DNA from: Phaeosaccion multiseriatum
Taxonomy: Eukaryota; Protista; Ochrophyta, other classes
DNA length: 64,000 nucleotides
Direction: 5' to 3'
Assembly: GCA_965112735.1 (NCBI GenBank)
Contig: OZ218951.1
Span: forward strand, 4,278,001 to 4,342,000
Shown here: positions 35,784-53,657 of the stretch, one piece after another
Numbering within the stretch: position 1 is the first letter of the stretch
Layout: every line of letters begins with the position of its first letter
Made by a program: the position numbers and the translations under genes
Notes under the pieces: model-generated
The model's input: only the letters and a program-made list of their open reading frames with translations
What the model was told of the DNA's origin: nothing
The model's database searches: none

Positions 35784-38700
35784 ATGCCGGCCTCAGATTT
35801 CAAGGTGTTGAGGGCCTGCGGCAAGGGCAGCTTCGCCACCGTGTTTCAAGTCAGGCGGCTTGCGGACGGGCAAACCTACGCGCTAAAGAGAGTGAGCATC
35901 GGCAACATGTCCGCCAAGGAGATCCAGGACTGCCTCAATGAGATGCGCTTCCTCGCCTCCCTACGTCATGCAAACATCGTGGGCTTTATGGAGGCCTTTG
36001 TAGACAAGGGCAACACCGAGTTGTGCACAGGTTGGTTCGTACATCAGGCGAGCGTAGCGGAGCCGTCCCTCGTCCCTCTCGCTTCTTCTCCCTACCCCAC
36101 CACCATCGTCCTCACGCTCTACCCCCCCTCCCCTCCCTCGCCACACTTCCCTATCCCGAAGCTCTGTGGCACCTAATAGTGACGGGCCAGTAGTACTGCA
36201 AATGAAGACAGACACATGCTTGACCCTGTGATCCACATGAGTTTCTCTGAAGCGCCCGAATCGCAACCCCTTTTTCTGTTCTTGCACCTCCTCCTCCTCC
36301 TCCTCCTCCTCCTCCTCCTCCTCCTCCTCCTCCTCCTCCTCCTCCTCCTCCTCCTCCTCCTCCTCCTCCTCCTCCTCCTCCTCCTCCTCCTCCTCCTCCT
36401 CCTCCTCCTCCTCCTCCTCCTCCTCCTCCTCCTCCTCCTCCTCCTCCTCCTCCTCCTCCTCGCGCTGCTACTGCCGTGCTGTTGTTGCTGCTACTGCAGT
36501 GATGGAGTTCTGCGGCAACGGCGATCTGAGAGACAAGATCAAGCGCCATCGGCAGAGCAGGCGACTCGTCGATGAGAGGCTCATATGGGGATACGTGATT
36601 CAAATGGCGCAGGCGCTGAAGACCCTACACGCCAAGGTAGGGAGGGCGGGGCGGGGATGGGGATGTTAAGGGCTATCCGACTTTTCTGTTCTGAGTCTGT
36701 AAGTAAGGGCGGCGAAGCAGTGACGCGAGCGAGCTATCCGGGAACTGACAGTGTTGGGAGCAGGCAGTCCTACTGGTGTTGTTTTGGTGTGCCATAGACG
36801 AGAGAAAGAACAGCACACGGTGCTCTCACTAAATGCGTGCATCGTGTGTGAATGTGCCCTTAAGAAAATGCACGTTCATTCTCTATCTCTGCCCCCCCCA
36901 AAACGTCTCTCTCTCCTTCTCAAGCCTCTCCCTCTCTCTCTCTTCCCCGCACTCGCTCTTTCCCCCTCTCTCCCTCCCCCCCCTCCCCGCCTCCCTCTCT
37001 CTCTCTCTCTGTCCCTCCCTTTCCCTCCTCTCCCCCCTCTCTTCCTCTCTTAGGGCATCATCCACCGAGACGTGAAGGCCGCTAACGTGTTTGTGTCAGA
37101 AGACGGCACTCTCAAGCTGGGGGACATGAACGTGTCCAAAAGGATGAAGGGGGGGCAGATGATGCAGACGCAGGTGTGGTAAGGGGGCAGGGTGGCTCGC
37201 TGGGTGGCTTCCCCCCACTACTTTTGTCACAGAGTCTGCACTCCCTTCCTGTCCGTGCTGCTTCTCTCTGTCTCTCCCTCTCCCCCTCTCTCTATCTCTC
37301 TCCCTGCGCGAACCGTAACATGCTGTCCTGCTACACCCCTTTACACTGGACGTTGCCCTGCTCTACCCCTACTCTACCTCTGCTCCACCTCTGCTCTACC
37401 TCTGCTGCACCTCTGCTCCACCCCTACTTACGTAGGTGGGCACGCCCTACTTCATGGCACCAGAAATACACGCGATGCGGAAGTACTGCTCCGCTTGCGA
37501 CATTTGGAGCCTGGGTGAGTCATGCGAGTGACTGAGAATCACTCCCTCTCACTCCCTCCCCCCCACCTCTCTCTCCCCCGCACCCTTATTCTCATCTCTC
37601 CCTCCCTCCCTCCCTCCCTCCCTCCCTCCCTCCCTCCCTCCCTCCCTCCCTCCCTCCCTCCCTCCCTCCCTCCCTCCCTCCCTCCCTCCCTCCCTCCAGG
37701 CTGTCTTGTGTATGAGTTGTGCGCTCTGCAGCCCCCCTTTCAGGTAGGGTGAGAGTGAGTCTTAAAGTGGCTCTTGAGACTGAGGCTTGGAGTGAGTGCG
37801 TCGAAGTGTGAGTTGTATAGTGAGTTATAGAGTGGGTTTGAGACTGAATCTTGGAGTGGGTAGAGTGAATATTGAGACCGAGGCTCGGAATGAGTTGATG
37901 GAGTAGAGGAGTAAGTGGAGTGAGTCCAAGAGTGAGTAAAGTGGGTTATAGTTTTGAGTCTTAATGGGAGTCTTAGAGTGAGAAGAGTGGAGACCAAGTC
38001 CCTCTTGCGTCTGTCATGGCTTGCAGTCTTTGTCTAAACGCGTTGTGGATTGCTTCTATGTGTCCGTGTGCCTGCTTGCTTGCGTGCCTCCTCTCCATCT
38101 GTGTTTGTGTGTGTGTGCGTGTGCGTGCGTGTGTGTCTGCTCAATAGGCGGAAACATTCTCGGAGCTCAGGAAGAAGGTGCTGACAGGTGTCTTCCCAAG
38201 CATTCCTCGCCAGGTGAGTGAGACAGTGAGTGAGACAGAGATTGAGATAGGTAGTGACAGAGGGGGAAGATGCTACACAGACTGAGAGAGAGAGGCTGAC
38301 AGATTCACTGACAGATCAGAGACAGTGGCAAGCATATATATATAGGTAGACAGAGAGAGAAACATAGATACGCCGAGAGAGAAATAGACAGATGGACGGA
38401 CACTGACTGATACACAAACACGCACCCACTCATACCCACGCACGCACCCACACCCCCCCACACAAACAGTACACATATGACATGTCCAACTTGGTGTCAG
38501 GCATGCTTCGCGTCAGGCCTCAAGAGCGGCCCTCTGCCGAGCAACTGTTGGCGACGCCTTCCGTGCTGAAGTACAGCAAGTACAAGCCGGGGCATCTAGA
38601 CTACACACAAGAGGACCTGCAGCCAGGTGAGGAGAGAGAGGAGAGGGAGTGGAGGGAAAGAGGGAAGAGAGAGAGAGCGAGGGAGGGAGGGAAGGAAGAG

Positions 38701-41700
38701 AGAGAGAGAGCGAGGGTGGGTGGGAGGGAGGGAGGGACAAAGGAATGCAGGAAGTTCTTCGCCCTTGCCCACCTGCCTGCCTGTTGCCTTGCGTGTCTGT
38801 CTCAATTCCTTCCTTCCTGCCTTCCTACCTTGCTGCTCTTCCACACCCCCGTCGGACGGCCATCCAACCAACACCATCAACCAAACGCACACACGCCTTT
38901 GCTTTAGGAAACGAGCTGATGGCGACAATCATGCTCCCTCGTAAGCGCAGCTTGATACAGCACCACCTCCCCAAGCCGAGCTACCCGGAAGGCGAGCAGT
39001 TGGTGATACAGCAGCAGCAGCGGCAGCGGCAGAAGCAACGGCAGCTGGTGAAACAACAGCAGCAGCAACAACTGTTGGTGAAGCATGCACAGGAGCAGCA
39101 GCAGTTGGTGAAGCGGCAGCAACAACAGCAGTTGGTGAAACAAGCGGAGCAGAGGGTGCAGGATACACCAGGAGCGGCGGTGAGCGCTTCGGCAGCACAA
39201 GAGAAGGCGAAGGAGAAGGAGGAGAAGGATAGAGCACGTATTAGGAGCGATGGTCAGGAGGAAAGAGCCAACAGCGGCAACACAAGGACCGGTGGTAGTG
39301 AGGGCACGGACGGCAGCTGCAGTAGTGGCCGCCGCAGTCGCGGTGATGGCAGGGGCGCGGGGGACGAGAAGCCGGGCGGCAAGAGGAGCAGCAGCAGCAG
39401 CAGCAGCAATAGGACCAGCAGCACTAGCAGGACCAGCAATTGTAAGACCACCCGTAGCGGCAGCGGCGGCGGTAGCGGCATCACCAGCAGCGAGCGACGG
39501 GCAGAGGTTATGATTGATCGGCAGCGCGTGTTGCGAGGGGTGCGAAGGGAGACAGCCGTTGGTAAGGCACCGGGTTTCGGGATGGATGTGGGTGGTGAGG
39601 GCAGGCAGCAGCGACAACGACATGGGCAAGGAGTCTGTCGACCGATACCGAAGAGCAGCAGCAGTGGAGGTGGAGGCTGTGAGAGTAGGGCAAGGGTGGG
39701 GCGGGAGCTTGCTGTTGCGAAGGAGGAGAGCGACGGGAGGGAGAGGCAGATGATGAGAGCCGTCGGTAAGGAGCATGGCCGAGCAGGGGTTACCAGACCG
39801 GCACCAGCAGTAGTTGGTGATACAGCAGCAACACCATCAGCAGCAGGAGTTGGTGACACAGCAGCAGCGGTGGCGGCGGCGGTAGGAGGGGTGGCAGGAG
39901 GGGGAAGGGGAGACTGTGGAGCTTCTCACGTCACTGCTACCGCTGCATCTACTGCAGACGCCACCGAGGCCGAGGGCATCGGCATCAGTAGTGGCGATGG
40001 CGAGAGGAAGGTCAGCAGGCTGCGCGCCGCTTTGCTTCCTCCTCCTCCTCCTCCTCCTCCTCCTCCTCCCAAGGGGTGCGAGCATGAGGGGGTCCCCTCC
40101 GCTGCCTCTGTCTGTCCGCCGGCACCCCATCCACCCACGGGCACTGGTAGCAGGCCCCACCCCCCACCCAAGTAAGTTACAGCGAACATGAAGAGATGAT
40201 GAGTGACTGATTGGTTGACCGACTGACTGATTAACTGTATGATTGATTGATTGTTTGACTGACTCCACTGCGAGGAGCTGGGCTGTGGGCTGGGCCGCAC
40301 TCGGATTGAGGGAGAGGAGGGAAGAAGAAGAAGCGGCTCATTATCCTTTACTTGCTTCTGAGATGGATCGTCGCGCCTCTCTTTTCGCTGCTGTATCACC
40401 AACTGCTGCATCACCACCTCCTCCAGATCGCTCCTCTCCCAGCCTCGACTGAGCCTCGCACTAGGGGGGTATGCAAAGGTCCATGCGGCAAGGATACGCT
40501 CAGCAGCCGCAGCAGCAGCTACGGCGACAGGAGTAGTTGGTGATACAGCAGCAGTCACGGCGTACCCAGAGAAGGAGAATCGGTGTCGACATAACAATCA
40601 GGCTGGTGTTGGTGGTGGTGTATCACCAACTGCTGCGGATGCGGACGCCGACCCGCACGGGGGAGGCAAGCAAGTTAAAGCGGTCAAGAGGACCGGCATC
40701 GTCGGCGCAAAGGTGCGACCCTCCCGTGCGCATGTACACTTCATTGGGTATCTACACCAATTGGGCGGCTGGGGCTCTTAACTCGTACCATTTTACACCA
40801 TGCAACACATACACCGCACCGCCATCAGTGACTGTACCCTGCCATTTGTAACTGTACCACCACTTGACTGCTCAGGCGCTGGCGAGGAGCAGACTCGCGA
40901 ACATGAACCTCATCCACCGTGCCCAGGGGGGCAGCGTGGCCCCGGGGGGGAGCCACGCGAGACTGCCGATGCCGCCCTCCCTACCCCGACAGCAGCTTGG
41001 CCCAGGGGGCTCCGATGGCGAGGGCGATGGCAGTGGACGGGAGGGGCCCTCCTCGGAGGAGTTGAAGTCGTCAGAGCTGAAGCGCCATGGCGGAGAAGCG
41101 AAGAGGTGCGTCGTGCGTGCGAGCGTGTGCGCGTGTGGGTGTGACTGGGTGTATGGGTGGGTGGATGTGTGGGTGTGTGCGTTCCCTCTTGCGCGGTTTG
41201 GCGATCACTTGTGTACGTACTTAACAAGGGTATGTGATGTATATCAGCTCGTAGAGTGTTGTTCGTCTGGAGGGGAGGAACGAGCTCAAACCCGGCCCAT
41301 CTCTGGTACGATCTCCCCTCTCCCCTCGTCCCTCTCCTCTCCTCTCCTCTCCTCTCCTCTCCTCTCCTCTCCTCTCCTCTCCTCTCCTCTCCTCTCCTCT
41401 CCTCTCCTCTCCTCTCCTCTCCTCTCCTCTCCTCTCCTCTCCTCTCCTCTCCTCTCCTCTCCTCTCCTCTCCTCTCCTCTCCTCTCCTCTCCTCTCCTCT
41501 CTCACTCCCACTCCTCTCTCGCCTCTCCTCTCTCCCTCGCTCCCCTTCTTCTTCCTTCTCCCCTCTCCCCCTCCCTTTTCTGTCCTCCGCTCCGCTCCGC
41601 TCCCCTCCCTTCTCCTCCTTGCCTTGTCCTCCCTTCACCTCCACCCGTGCGATCGTTCCCCCTCTTTCCCCTCTGTTTTGTATCTCCTTTACAGACCCGT

Positions 41701-41730
41701 TTCGAGAGGATACCCGGTGAAGCGAGCTAG
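35784..41730 (+). CDS. NIMA-related (NEK) Ser/Thr kinase with long low-complexity tail (multi-exon; 3' end uncertain)
   Basis: GKGSFATV, YALK, LNEMRFLASLRH, VMEFCGNGDL, IIHRDVKAANV, KLGDMNVSK, VGTPYFMAPE, DIWSLG|CLVYELCALQPPF and ERPSAEQLL occur in order across exons. Confidence 0.9.
36287..36461. repeat. (CCT)n microsatellite, ~58 units, intronic
   Basis: Perfect run just upstream of the NEK exon-2 acceptor. Confidence 0.95.
41332..41500. repeat. (CTCCT)n microsatellite, intronic
   Basis: Perfect pentamer run. Confidence 0.95.
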
Positions 41731-42616
41731 TGGCTCAGCAGCGGCAGTAGCAGCGGTTGGGATCGGAGGAGGAGGAGGAGGAGGAGGAGGAGGGGGCCGG
41801 GTGGGGAGCTTTGTGCTACGGAGGGGAGGGAGATGACAGAGGTGGGATGAGAGGCGTCACAGAAACCTTTCATGGCAGTTTATATGTTTACAGAGTCGAT
41901 CGATTCGATCTGATCTTCCCTCTTTCCTGCGGCTCTTCCTCCTTCACTTTCTCTCTCGAACTGGCTCGTTTCGTTCTCCTTGGAATGGACAAGAGAGGAG
42001 ACTGGGAATGGCTGCAGCACAGCATGATCGAAGCTCTCTCGTACTGTTGTTGCTGCATAGACAATGAGAGTTGGTGCCCTCGTTGGAGGCATATGGGTCA
42101 GAGACAGGGGAGCATGGCGGCGGCGGTTTCCGGCGTTCCAAGAGGTTTTAAAATTAAGAACGAGATCGCTTCTCAGCTTCTCCGTGACACAAGATAGGGC
42201 AGGAGCTCGACAGACAGGGCTCTGATCAAGGTGAAAATGGTATCGTACATTGGGAGTATTGTACTTCAGTAGTGCTTGGAAGCATTTCCTGGGGGTGGCA
42301 AAACTGAGTAGAGAAGGCGTGCATTGATCCTTGTGAGAAGGCCTGGATCGCTGTCGACCAACTCCCGCTATTCCGAGATGAACCGCGAAGATCGTTCGTT
42401 GCCTTTCCTTGCTGCGGTGAATACGGCTTTTTATCATACACTCAGAAGCGGGATTGGGTATTCCAGGTGCCCAACTCGAGAAGCCCCACCGACCGACGAG
42501 GCCCCCCCACTCGCACGCCAAAACCTCCATGTATGAGCGTTTTCACTCATTCACTCACTCACTGACAGATGTCGTCCATGGTAGGAGTGTATCATTCACT
42601 TTCGCAGCAGTACAGG

Positions 42617-48687
<6,071 letters not shown>

Positions 48688-49021
48688 GCTTGAGGCACCG
48701 ACGAAGCTGCTGCGCAAGCCTCTCCTGATGGCACGCCCCCACGAAGCTCTTACAAACTGGTTCACTGTGACACACTACCACGACGAGAGGTAAATTAAAG
48801 TTGTTTCGTACTTTTAGACGGGCTGGCTTCTTCAACGCCGGTATCTGTGAATGGAGAACCAATGATGCCACTTTGAGTCAGCCGCCGATCGCCTATTAGT
48901 TTCCCCTCGATATCCCACCTCAGCAGCCTCAGCACTTCTTGTTGAGCCCACAGCCGTTTCTTTGCTTCTCAATGTCGCAATGTGATGTGTAGAGAAGGTG
49001 TTTGCGAGACGGAATAGAAAG

Positions 49022-50048
49022 ATGTTTAACCTTCTCTTGGGTGTGGGGGTCGCACTGCTCTTTGTGTCCCTTCCGGCGTCAGAAGCGTGGTCGCTCGATG
49101 CAAAGTGTGCCTTGCAAGGGGTAAATGCGCCAATTGGGAGGAGGGCTTATCTGCGAACTTTGTCGTCATCAGCCGTAGCCATTGCGGCACTGACAACGAC
49201 GGCGCCTCGCGTGAGGGCCGCCCAGGCACCCGTGGGCGGAACAGATGCGGGAATCGAGCGGCTCCGACGAGGCAAAGTTGGCCTTGAGTTCCTCTTGAAT
49301 AATTGGAAGGAGCAGACAACCCAGTGCAACTTTGCCGGTGCGTACATATCTCTCTTTGGTGAACTGGGAGAGGATGATTCTCCTGCTCTAGCTGTCGCAT
49401 TCCATCTTTGACGCTCCTTGCCCTTGCAGAGGACGGCAATCACTGCTAACTATTACGGCTCGGACCCCCCCCCCCCCCACCAAACTCAGACGTCTCGCGA
49501 GACATTCTGGAGGCGAAGAACAAAGAGAAGCTCCTGAAGGCCGCCACCACCAACGTGCTCTTCGACAAGAGCGGTGCTAACTTGGTCATGAGTTGCAAGC
49601 GAACGGCCAAAGTCGTGCGCGAGATCACCGCGACAGGCTCCCCCTTCGATAAAGCTGACGTCATTATGAGACGGGCGGTCACAAAGGTCGACCCGGATGT
49701 CGTTGAAGAGTACCTGGTACGTCGAGGTCAAGACGGCTCGCGTCGGCGCCTTTTCCCCTTCTTGCTGACGGGGAAGGGTATTACCCGTCTGTTGCCCATC
49801 GAGCTATAACACCTGAACAATCTCTTCCTCTCTCCCTCTCGCTCTTTCTTCCCCTCTTCCCCTCCCCCCCCTCTCTCTCTCTCGCGCGCGCTGTCTTCCA
49901 GGAGAAAGTGGATAGATGGGAGGTGAGTGCCTGGCATCGGCAGGAACAATCCCCAACCTTCTTGGCTCGATATGTGACTCTGTTACAACCCCCCTCACAC
50001 CAATCACACCCCCCTACCCCCCCCCTTCGTTTTGCTCCCTCTATTGAT

Positions 50049-50092
<44 letters not shown>

Positions 50093-50292
50093 TCTCTCTC
50101 CGTACCCAGCAACTCCTGGCCTCTGTGAAAGGCTCCTCGTACATGAGCGGCACGGGAGACTTTGCAAGTATGAACAACTTTCGGGAGAGCGAGGGGCAGG
50201 AGAAGGACGGCTCACTACTGGAGCAGGCCCGCACCGACTTGACTGAAATGGACAGCGTATTGGCAAGCGTTTTGGAATACTTGGAGGGGTGA
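49022..50292 (+). CDS. Plastid/thylakoid-lumen protein of unknown function (3-4 exons)
   Basis: Signal peptide SEA-W, then RRAYLR plus an Ala-rich stretch ending VRA (Tat-like). Coherent helical coding exons at about 49490-49716 and 50110-50292. Confidence 0.7.
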
Positions 50293-51779
50293 TTGATTGA
50301 CTGACTGACTGACTGACTGACTGACTGGTGGGAGGGGGAGTGGGGTCGAATATAAGAAGGGGAAGTCATTCTATTAGGGATCGCTTTGATGGCGTCAAAA
50401 AGCACTAGACAGCATCTGAAGAACGAAGAAATAGAAGACCGATATTTTAGGAGGGCGATCGATCTAGTCAGTTCTGTTCTGCAGAGAGGCAGCCTATACA
50501 GCTCGTGTGCACCCGGCCTTCGACCAAGGGCCGCTCTAGACTTCGCAGAGACGGCTCGCGCGTGGCCCTCGGCAGCTCCTCGTCGTCCCCCCCTTCCTTC
50601 CCTATCCGCCGTCTTCTCGCAGGGTAGCTCGGCTTGGGTTGCATCTCTCTCTCGGCCTCAGCTTCTCCTCCTTGACGAGCTCGTTCTTGCCCGTGCCATG
50701 GTGGTAACCGTGGGTAGAGAGCTCCTCCTCATGAGGCACCGCCTACAGCCCTGAGCCATCCCCCGTCCAAAGAGAAAGGAGTCCCGAGAGCCTCAGAAGG
50801 AGACGAAGAAGAGAGGGGGTAACTGAGTTGTCCTCGCCAAGCTTGAGTGTCGCGGCTGTGGCTAAGCACACGCCCATGCACACACGCACACACACGCAGA
50901 CACACACACACCTCTCCTTGCCGTGCAGGAAGGATGATGCCGAGCAAGCAGCACAGCTCCCCCCCAAGCCAAGCCAAGTCCAGCTCAGCTGCACGACCTC
51001 GGTGTGCGCCTTGCCGGGCTCCCTTGCGTCCTGACACCCGCCTGCTGCCGCGCGGAGGGCCGGGGCAGAGGCGCCTCGCACTCCTCGCCCCCCCCCCCCC
51101 CGTCCAAAGCCATCTTCGAACCATAGTTCTGAAATGGCAGGAGCCGGATGAAGCGCCCAGCGTTTGGTCCTAGTCACCTCGGCTGGCGAGAAGGACCTCC
51201 TCTCGAGTCGTCACGGGGATACTCCTCCTCTGCTGCCGCCTTGCTGCTGCTGTATCACTAGCTGCTACGGCTGTGTAGGAGGCACACCGGACCCCGCCAC
51301 ATCCCCCTTCCCGCTGCTGCCTCCCATACACTCTGAAGCCCTCCCTCCCTTCCTCCCCTCTCCAGCTGAGCTTGGCCAGCGAAACCTTCCTCTTCGTAGA
51401 GGCGAAGCACCGCGTCGGGCCCTTTTGCCCCTCTGCTCCACCGCACATGTTGCTTGGTCACGTCCCCTGGCACACGTGTTGGTGGTACCATAGGTGCCAC
51501 TAAAGCAAAGCAAAGCACCACTGCCACATGGGAGGGGTCCAAGGACTACCCATCCTCCCACCCCTTCCTTACCAATCTCCCTCAAGCCCTTGTCACCCGA
51601 GCCCTCCCCTCAAGGCCGGTCCCGCCTCTCCTCCAAGGGTACTTAAAGTAAGTTACTCTAAGTACCCTGTCTCCCTAGTGGAGCTGCAGCAAGTAGTACC
51701 CCCGCCCCCCAAACCCCTTCCCCTTCCCTTTGGGCAGCAGCAGCGCAAGGCTCTTCACTCCTGCAACAGCTCACCACCA

Positions 51780-52661
51780 CTACCATTGGATTTCCTGTTC
51801 ATCAAACCAGTGCATCCCCGAGAACGAGTTTGCTGAAGCGTCCAATGTAGCCAATAAGCAGGGCGTCACCGCTCCTCGTGCAGCCGGCCGAGTACCTTGG
51901 TGGTTGTTCTGATCCGTTGCACAGTAGCCTGGATCGACACTATTGACCATGATCTTGGGGTGCTCTCGAGCCAGGACTTTTGTCAAGGCAATCAGACCCA
52001 GCTTACTCATGCCATAGCAGGTGTTGGCCCAACCTTGCTGGGCATGCACTCCGGTCTCCACGGCACGAACAAATTCATTCATGTATGTTTCCAGCTCTAC
52101 CTCCGTCAAGTCGGGCGCGGTAAACATGCCAACCTTTTCTGCCGATTTCAGGATCCCGAGGCGCCCTGCTGAGCTGGCGATGTTGATGATGCGCGGAGAT
52201 GGCGACAGCTTTAACAAGGGCAGCATGGATTTTATGACGCGGGAGGTTCCAAAGTAATTTGTTTTGATGGAGATTCCAGCTTGTTGTTCAAACGATGTGT
52301 GGGGAACCTTGCCATACAGAGTGGGGTCGTTGAAACACACCGCGGCATTGTTGACCAATACGTCAAGCCTTCCATACGTCTCTTTCACCCAGGCTGCGGC
52401 GTTGTCAATGCTCGTCGCGTCATTGAGATCGAGATGGCAAGAGTTACCAGGGCACCCAAGGTCCAGCGCTGTTTGCTCTCCGTCCGTGCGACACCCCAAG
52501 ACCGTCGTGACACCGCTGCTCACGAGGTTCTTGGCGATTTCTCTCCCAATTCCTTTGTTTGCTCCAGTCACCAAAGCGACGCGCGGCTCCAGCGACATTG
52601 ATACAGCTGAGTGAGGCACTAATACTGCGAAAAGGACAAGCAGTCGGCCACTAATCCGCAT
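51780..52661 (-). CDS. Carbonyl reductase (CBR1-like SDR) with predicted signal peptide, intronless
   Basis: VALVTGANKGIG, LDVLVNNAA, TNYFGT, IINIASSAG, YGMSK and VDPGYCATD motifs. Confidence 0.93.
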   Translation of the reverse strand: MRISGRLLVLFAVLVPHSAVSMSLEPRVALVTGANKGIGREIAKNLVSSGVTTVLGCRTDGEQTALDLGCPGNSCHLDLNDATSIDNAAAWVKETYGRLDVLVNNAAVCFNDPTLYGKVPHTSFEQQAGISIKTNYFGTSRVIKSMLPLLKLSPSPRIINIASSAGRLGILKSAEKVGMFTAPDLTEVELETYMNEFVRAVETGVHAQQGWANTCYGMSKLGLIALTKVLAREHPKIMVNSVDPGYCATDQNNHQGTRPAARGAVTPCLLATLDASANSFSGMHWFDEQEIQW

Positions 52662-53657
52662 GTTGGAGAGGATTTAGTGTAGGGTCGGCGTAGCTTTGCA
52701 CAACTGACAAATATTACATACCACCAACTCACACACACACCCTCACCTCATCATCCTCACTCTCCAATCCTCTCCCCCCCCTCGGCTCTCGATACCGCGT
52801 TTCTCCTCCCACTCCACTCCGTGAGAACAGACCTTCCGTGGCTACGCTACTGAAGTAGCGTTGACTCGTTCACTCCGGAATGTGGCGTCAGTGACCTGTC
52901 ACAACCCGCATGAGTCCTCTCGTCGCTTAGGAGGGTTCGGCTCCAGGCACGCCTAGCGGCCTTGGTTGTAGGCTGAAGGCCGCTCACTTTTCTGTCCTAC
53001 ACGGCCTTGCTAGGCGGCCTCTAGGCCACCTCCGCCACCGCGGGCGCGTGCGTGGGGCCGCCCAATGGCAGCAGGAGTGGATGTCAGGGCAGACGAGGCG
53101 GAAAGAGTCAACACGAATGAAGTTTTTACGTCTACTCCTCGCTTTCAGCCAATCCCATATATTCAAAGGCACTCTGGGCAACAATACCACAGTCCTTTCG
53201 CTCCTCGATGAGACACCTAGGACCAGCAACTTCGAGCAACTTCTCTCGAGCTGCGCAGAGCCGCCCCCTCGCGCGCCGTTCCGCGCCCTTTCCTCCCCCC
53301 CCTTCCCATGGCAGTGGCTGCGCGGGCTTCTTCACTGGGCGTGGCTTGGCCTGCGCTGCGCTGCCTCTCCCCCTCGACATGAGCTTCTCGGGTGCCTACT
53401 TGCTCTTGCTAGTGGTGGCGGTGGTGGCCGGTCTGTGGGAAGGCGCGGCGACGGCGGGTCGAGAGCTCCTCTCACGAGGCAAGTGCCTACGGCCCTGAGC
53501 CTTCTCCGCTAGTCCCCATGGAAGAAAAGAGGGCCCCGAGAGCCTCAGAAGGAGAAGAAGAAGAGAGAGGAGGGCTTACTCAGCCTCCGCTGACTGCGGC
53601 TTTTAGTGTGCAACGGAGCTTCGATAGCGGCCTCGTCCCTGTCCCGTCATGCCACCG

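Noticed and set aside
36151-36603. Poly-Gly / poly-Leu ORFs
   Set aside because: They are translations of the intronic (CCT)n tract.
41880-42530. 216-aa ORF between the NEK and FRD genes
   Set aside because: No recognisable motif; probably 3' UTR or intergenic sequence.
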